The notes under the pieces were generated by a model. The model did no database searches, was not told where the DNA came from, and was given only the letters and a program-made list of their open reading frames with translations. A stretch of DNA of 64,000 bases from Eledone cirrhosa (taxonomy: Eukaryota): positions 58,218,001 to 58,282,000 of the forward strand of contig OZ024748.1 in the NCBI GenBank assembly GCA_964016885.1. Direction: 5' to 3'. The position numbers and the translations under genes are program-made. Shown here piece after piece: positions 60,152 to 64,000 of the stretch. The number at the start of each line of letters is the position of its first letter. Position 1 is the stretch's first letter.

Positions 60152-60266
60152 AATAATTGTTTCTACTTTTGGCACAAGGCCAGCAATTACCCAGAGCATT
60201 ACTGGTACTTTATTTTATCTATCCCGTAGGGATGAAAGGCAAAGTTAACCTCGGCGGGATTTGAAC
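60152..60266 (-). mobile_element. 5'-truncated SINE inserted at the tail of the next SINE
   Basis: aaagtaataat duplicated at 60147 and 60269. Confidence 0.9.
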
Positions 60267-60273
60267 ACAAAGT

Positions 60274-60463
60274 AATAATTGTTTCTACTTTAGGCACAAG
60301 GCCAGCAAATACCCAGTGCATTACTGGTACTTTATTTTATCGACCCCGTAAGGATGAAAGGCAAAGTCAACCTCGGCGGGATTTGAACTCAGATCGTAAA
60401 GGGACATAACTATGCTGGAAAGCATGGCGTCCGACCCCCTACCGATACTGCCAATCCACCGCC
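60274..60463 (-). mobile_element. SINE, full length, young
   Basis: Near-identical to the reverse complement of 11878-12066; agtaataat on both flanks. Confidence 0.93.
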
Positions 60464-60677
60464 TTAGTAATAATGGCATGACAGCATATTCTTTATTTAA
60501 GATTTGATCTAAATAATAAACACCTAGTTCACTTGTGTTCATCAGTTGTTTAATGTATGTAATTAATTTTGTCAAAACATTAATAGCATTGATATAATAT
60601 ATAGGAGCTACATATTCCCTGACAATTGGACGGCATCTCAATATTGGCTTTTCAAAATGTTCAATAATTAACAGTAG

Positions 60678-60683
60678 TGTATG

Positions 60684-60723
<40 letters not shown>

Positions 60724-60745
60724 CGGAAAAAACAACACACATGCA

Positions 60746-60777
<32 letters not shown>

Positions 60778-60793
60778 CACACTCACACACACT

Positions 60794-60856
<63 letters not shown>

Positions 60857-61515
60857 GTATATATGTATATATGTGTATATGTATATATATATATATATGT
60901 ATATATATATGTATATGTATATATATATGTATATATGTATATGTATATATATATATGTATATATGTATATGTATATATATATATGTATATATGTATATGT
61001 ATATATATATGTATATATATATATGTATATATATATGTATATATATATATATGTATATATATATGTATATATATATATATGTATATATATATGTATATAT
61101 ATATATGTATATATATATGTATATATATATATGTATATATATATGTATATATATATATGTATATATATATGTATATATATATATGTATATATATATATGT
61201 ATATATATATATGTATATATATATATGTATATATATATGTATATATATATATGTATATATATATATGTATATATATATGTATATATATATGTATATATAT
61301 ATGTATATATATATGTATATATATATATGTATATATTTATATGTATATATATATATGTATATATATATATATGTATATATATATATGTATATATATATAT
61401 GTATATATATATATGTATATATATATATGTATATATATATATGTATATATATATATATGTATATATATATGTATATATATATATGTATATATATATGTAT
61501 ATATATATGTATATA

Positions 61516-61560
<45 letters not shown>

Positions 61561-61703
61561 GTATATATATATGTATATATATATGTATATATATATATGT
61601 ATATATATATGTATATATATATGTATATATATATGTATATATATATATGTATATATATATGTGTATATATATATGTATATATATATATGTATATATATAT
61701 ATG

Positions 61704-61760
<57 letters not shown>

Positions 61761-61822
61761 GTATATATATATATGTATATATATATATGTATATATATAT
61801 ATGTATATATATATGTATATAA
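60678..61822. repeat. (TA)n/(TG) compound microsatellite
   Basis: Directly visible. Confidence 0.97.
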
Positions 61823-62002
61823 TATAAGATCAAAAGATGGTTAAAGGAGTTCCATATATTTTATTATGCGCATTTCAAAAACAAAACATCATCAAGCAAT
61901 AATATTTGTGTTTTCATCAGATAAAACAGGAGAACATGATATGTAGGCTAAAAAACACTTGTGGATAGTGCAGTTTCATATGTATATATATATGTATATA
62001 TA

Positions 62003-63640
62003 TAACTTTGAATAACTTTGAAATATTTTGGCCAGTATTGGCCCAGGCCATGTCTAACTTAATAGCACCACCTGGCGAAGTCTTTCAATTCAGGATTTGG
62101 GCACCATGGCCCATTCGAGAAGAGAATTACTGTTTGCGGAGACATATCCGGGTGTGGGTGGTTTGTCCGGGATTACTTGGAGGAATTTGTCCAAAGACTT
62201 CTTGAATTTTGTGTGGTCAGTTTCTGTTTTGACGTGTCCTGATGTGATGTTGAAGAGAGCAGGGCCGATTGAGGTGAAATAATTGTGCCGTATTGTTGTT
62301 ATGAGTTGCGATTTAGATTTTTGAATGGGACGGATAGCACGGGGCCCAAGCCTTGGGTGTATCTTGAAGGCGATGCCAACATCATTTGGGCAGTGATGAT
62401 GGAACATTTTCCACATCATGCAGATAATATAACGCTCACGGCGACGTTGGAGTGAGTAAAGTTTCAGGTTTTCTAATCGACCCCAGTAGTCAAGGTCTGA
62501 CATGCCATCTATCTTTTTCGTGATTGCCCTTTGAGCAGCTTCAAGTTTCATGATACTTTGTTTCGTGTGGGGAGACCACAGTGGACAACAGTATTCAAGG
62601 TGTGGTCGGGCAAAAGTAGAGAAGAGAAGGATAATGGTGCGGGAATCTCTCGACTGGAAGGTTCTGAGGATCCAGGAACACATTCTGCGGGCCATGTCAA
62701 CTTTGCTGCTTATATGCGTGGTCCAGCTTATGTTGCTGTCCACGGTTACTCCCAAGTCTCTGATGTTGTTAGATGCCACGAGAGTTTCCCCGGAGGGAAG
62801 GGAGTACGGGAGTTTCAGAGCATCCTCTTTTCCAAAGTGGATCAGTTCGAATTTGTCTTCGTTCAGTAACATGTTGTTCTTTTCCGCCCATTGGGTAACA
62901 GCCAGTAGGTCTGACTGAAGGCTTATCCGGTCATCCACGCCATTGATGACCTTTTGGAGCTTGGAATCATCAGCGAAAATTTTAATGTTGCTGTGTTTGA
63001 TGATGTCAGTGATGTCATTAATATAGATGATGAAGAGAATTGGGCCCAACACAGTGCCTTGTGGGACCCCACTACTGACTTTGGCTGGGCTGGATTTGAC
63101 TCCCTCAACTACAGCATGTTGGGTTCTGTTTGACAGGAAGCTCTTGATCCACTGCAGCTGCTTTCCAGTGACACCAATATTGGACAGCTTTCTCAGTAGA
63201 ATGTTATGATCAACCCTGTCAAAGGCCTTGCTGAAATCAAGGTAGATAACATCAGTGTTGGAACCCTCTCCCAAGGCTCTCAAAATGTCATCAAAGTGAT
63301 GCAGTAGCTGCGTCAGGCAATCCCTTCCATTACGGAATCCATGCTGGTTGGAGTTCAGCATATTGTTACTCTCAAGGAAGTGGGTCATTCGCGATCTCAC
63401 CACTCTCTCAAATACCTTAATGATATGAGAGGTGAGTGAGATTGGACGGTAATTCACGGCAAGGGATTTGTTTCCCTTTTTAAAAACTGGGACAACACAC
63501 TGGGATAGAAGGTTTTCTGGCACATATCCAGCATCCAGTGAGTTCCGCCACAGATTGGCAAGAGGAGATGCAAGTTGGTGTTGACACACCTTCAAGACAC
63601 AAGCAGGGAACCTATCGGGACCTACTGCTGAATTATGCTT
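62003..63640 (-). mobile_element. CR1/L2-superfamily LINE, 5'-truncated, uninterrupted RT frame
   Basis: Open 63640-62090: [55 protein letters not shown]; short 3'UTR ending in (ttcaaagtta)x2; (TA)n on both sides. Confidence 0.95.
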
Positions 63641-63646
63641 ATGAAT

Positions 63647-63704
63647 TATATATATGTATATATATACGTATATATATATATGTATATATATATATATGTA
63701 TATG

Positions 63705-63749
<45 letters not shown>

Positions 63750-63948
63750 GTATATATATATATATGTATATGTATATATATATATGTATATATATGTATA
63801 TATATATATGTATATATATATATGTATATATATATATATGTATATATATATGTATATATATATGTATATATATATGTATATATATATATGTATATATATA
63901 TGCATATATATATATGTATATATATATGTATATATATATATGTATATA

Positions 63949-64000
<52 letters not shown>
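63647..64000. repeat. (TA)n/(TG) microsatellite running off the window
   Basis: Directly visible. Confidence 0.97.

Noticed and set aside
62020-62060. CR1-like 3'UTR as the SINE's partner tail
   Set aside because: Similarity limited to tggcct..gccaa; too short to support.

Overview
AT-rich, microsatellite-saturated animal genomic DNA. The repeat content (tRNA-derived Deu/Nin-domain SINE, RTE, CR1-like, Tx1-like and RLE LINEs, Penelope-like elements (PLEs), Helitrons, multi-kb (TA)n/(TAGA)n arrays) fits a cephalopod, probably an octopod; this is an inference. I see no intact host gene, and nearly all long ORFs in the track are microsatellite artefacts. Two structures are missed by the ORF track. 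(1) At least seven short fold-back (palindromic) inserts of mostly unrelated sequence sit inside (TA)n tracts. Most carry a type-I hammerhead ribozyme (HHR), often followed by AATAAA; they include U3-A8 core variants and versions with a greatly extended stem II. The palindrome apex usually lies just 5' of the ribozyme and the shorter arm usually ends at an internal TATA. They look like the footprint of a (TA)n-targeted PLE insertion mechanism. (2) Four heavily decayed, apparently intronless class-A GPCR pseudogenes are spread over the window. All translations and RNA folds were done by eye and need computational confirmation.
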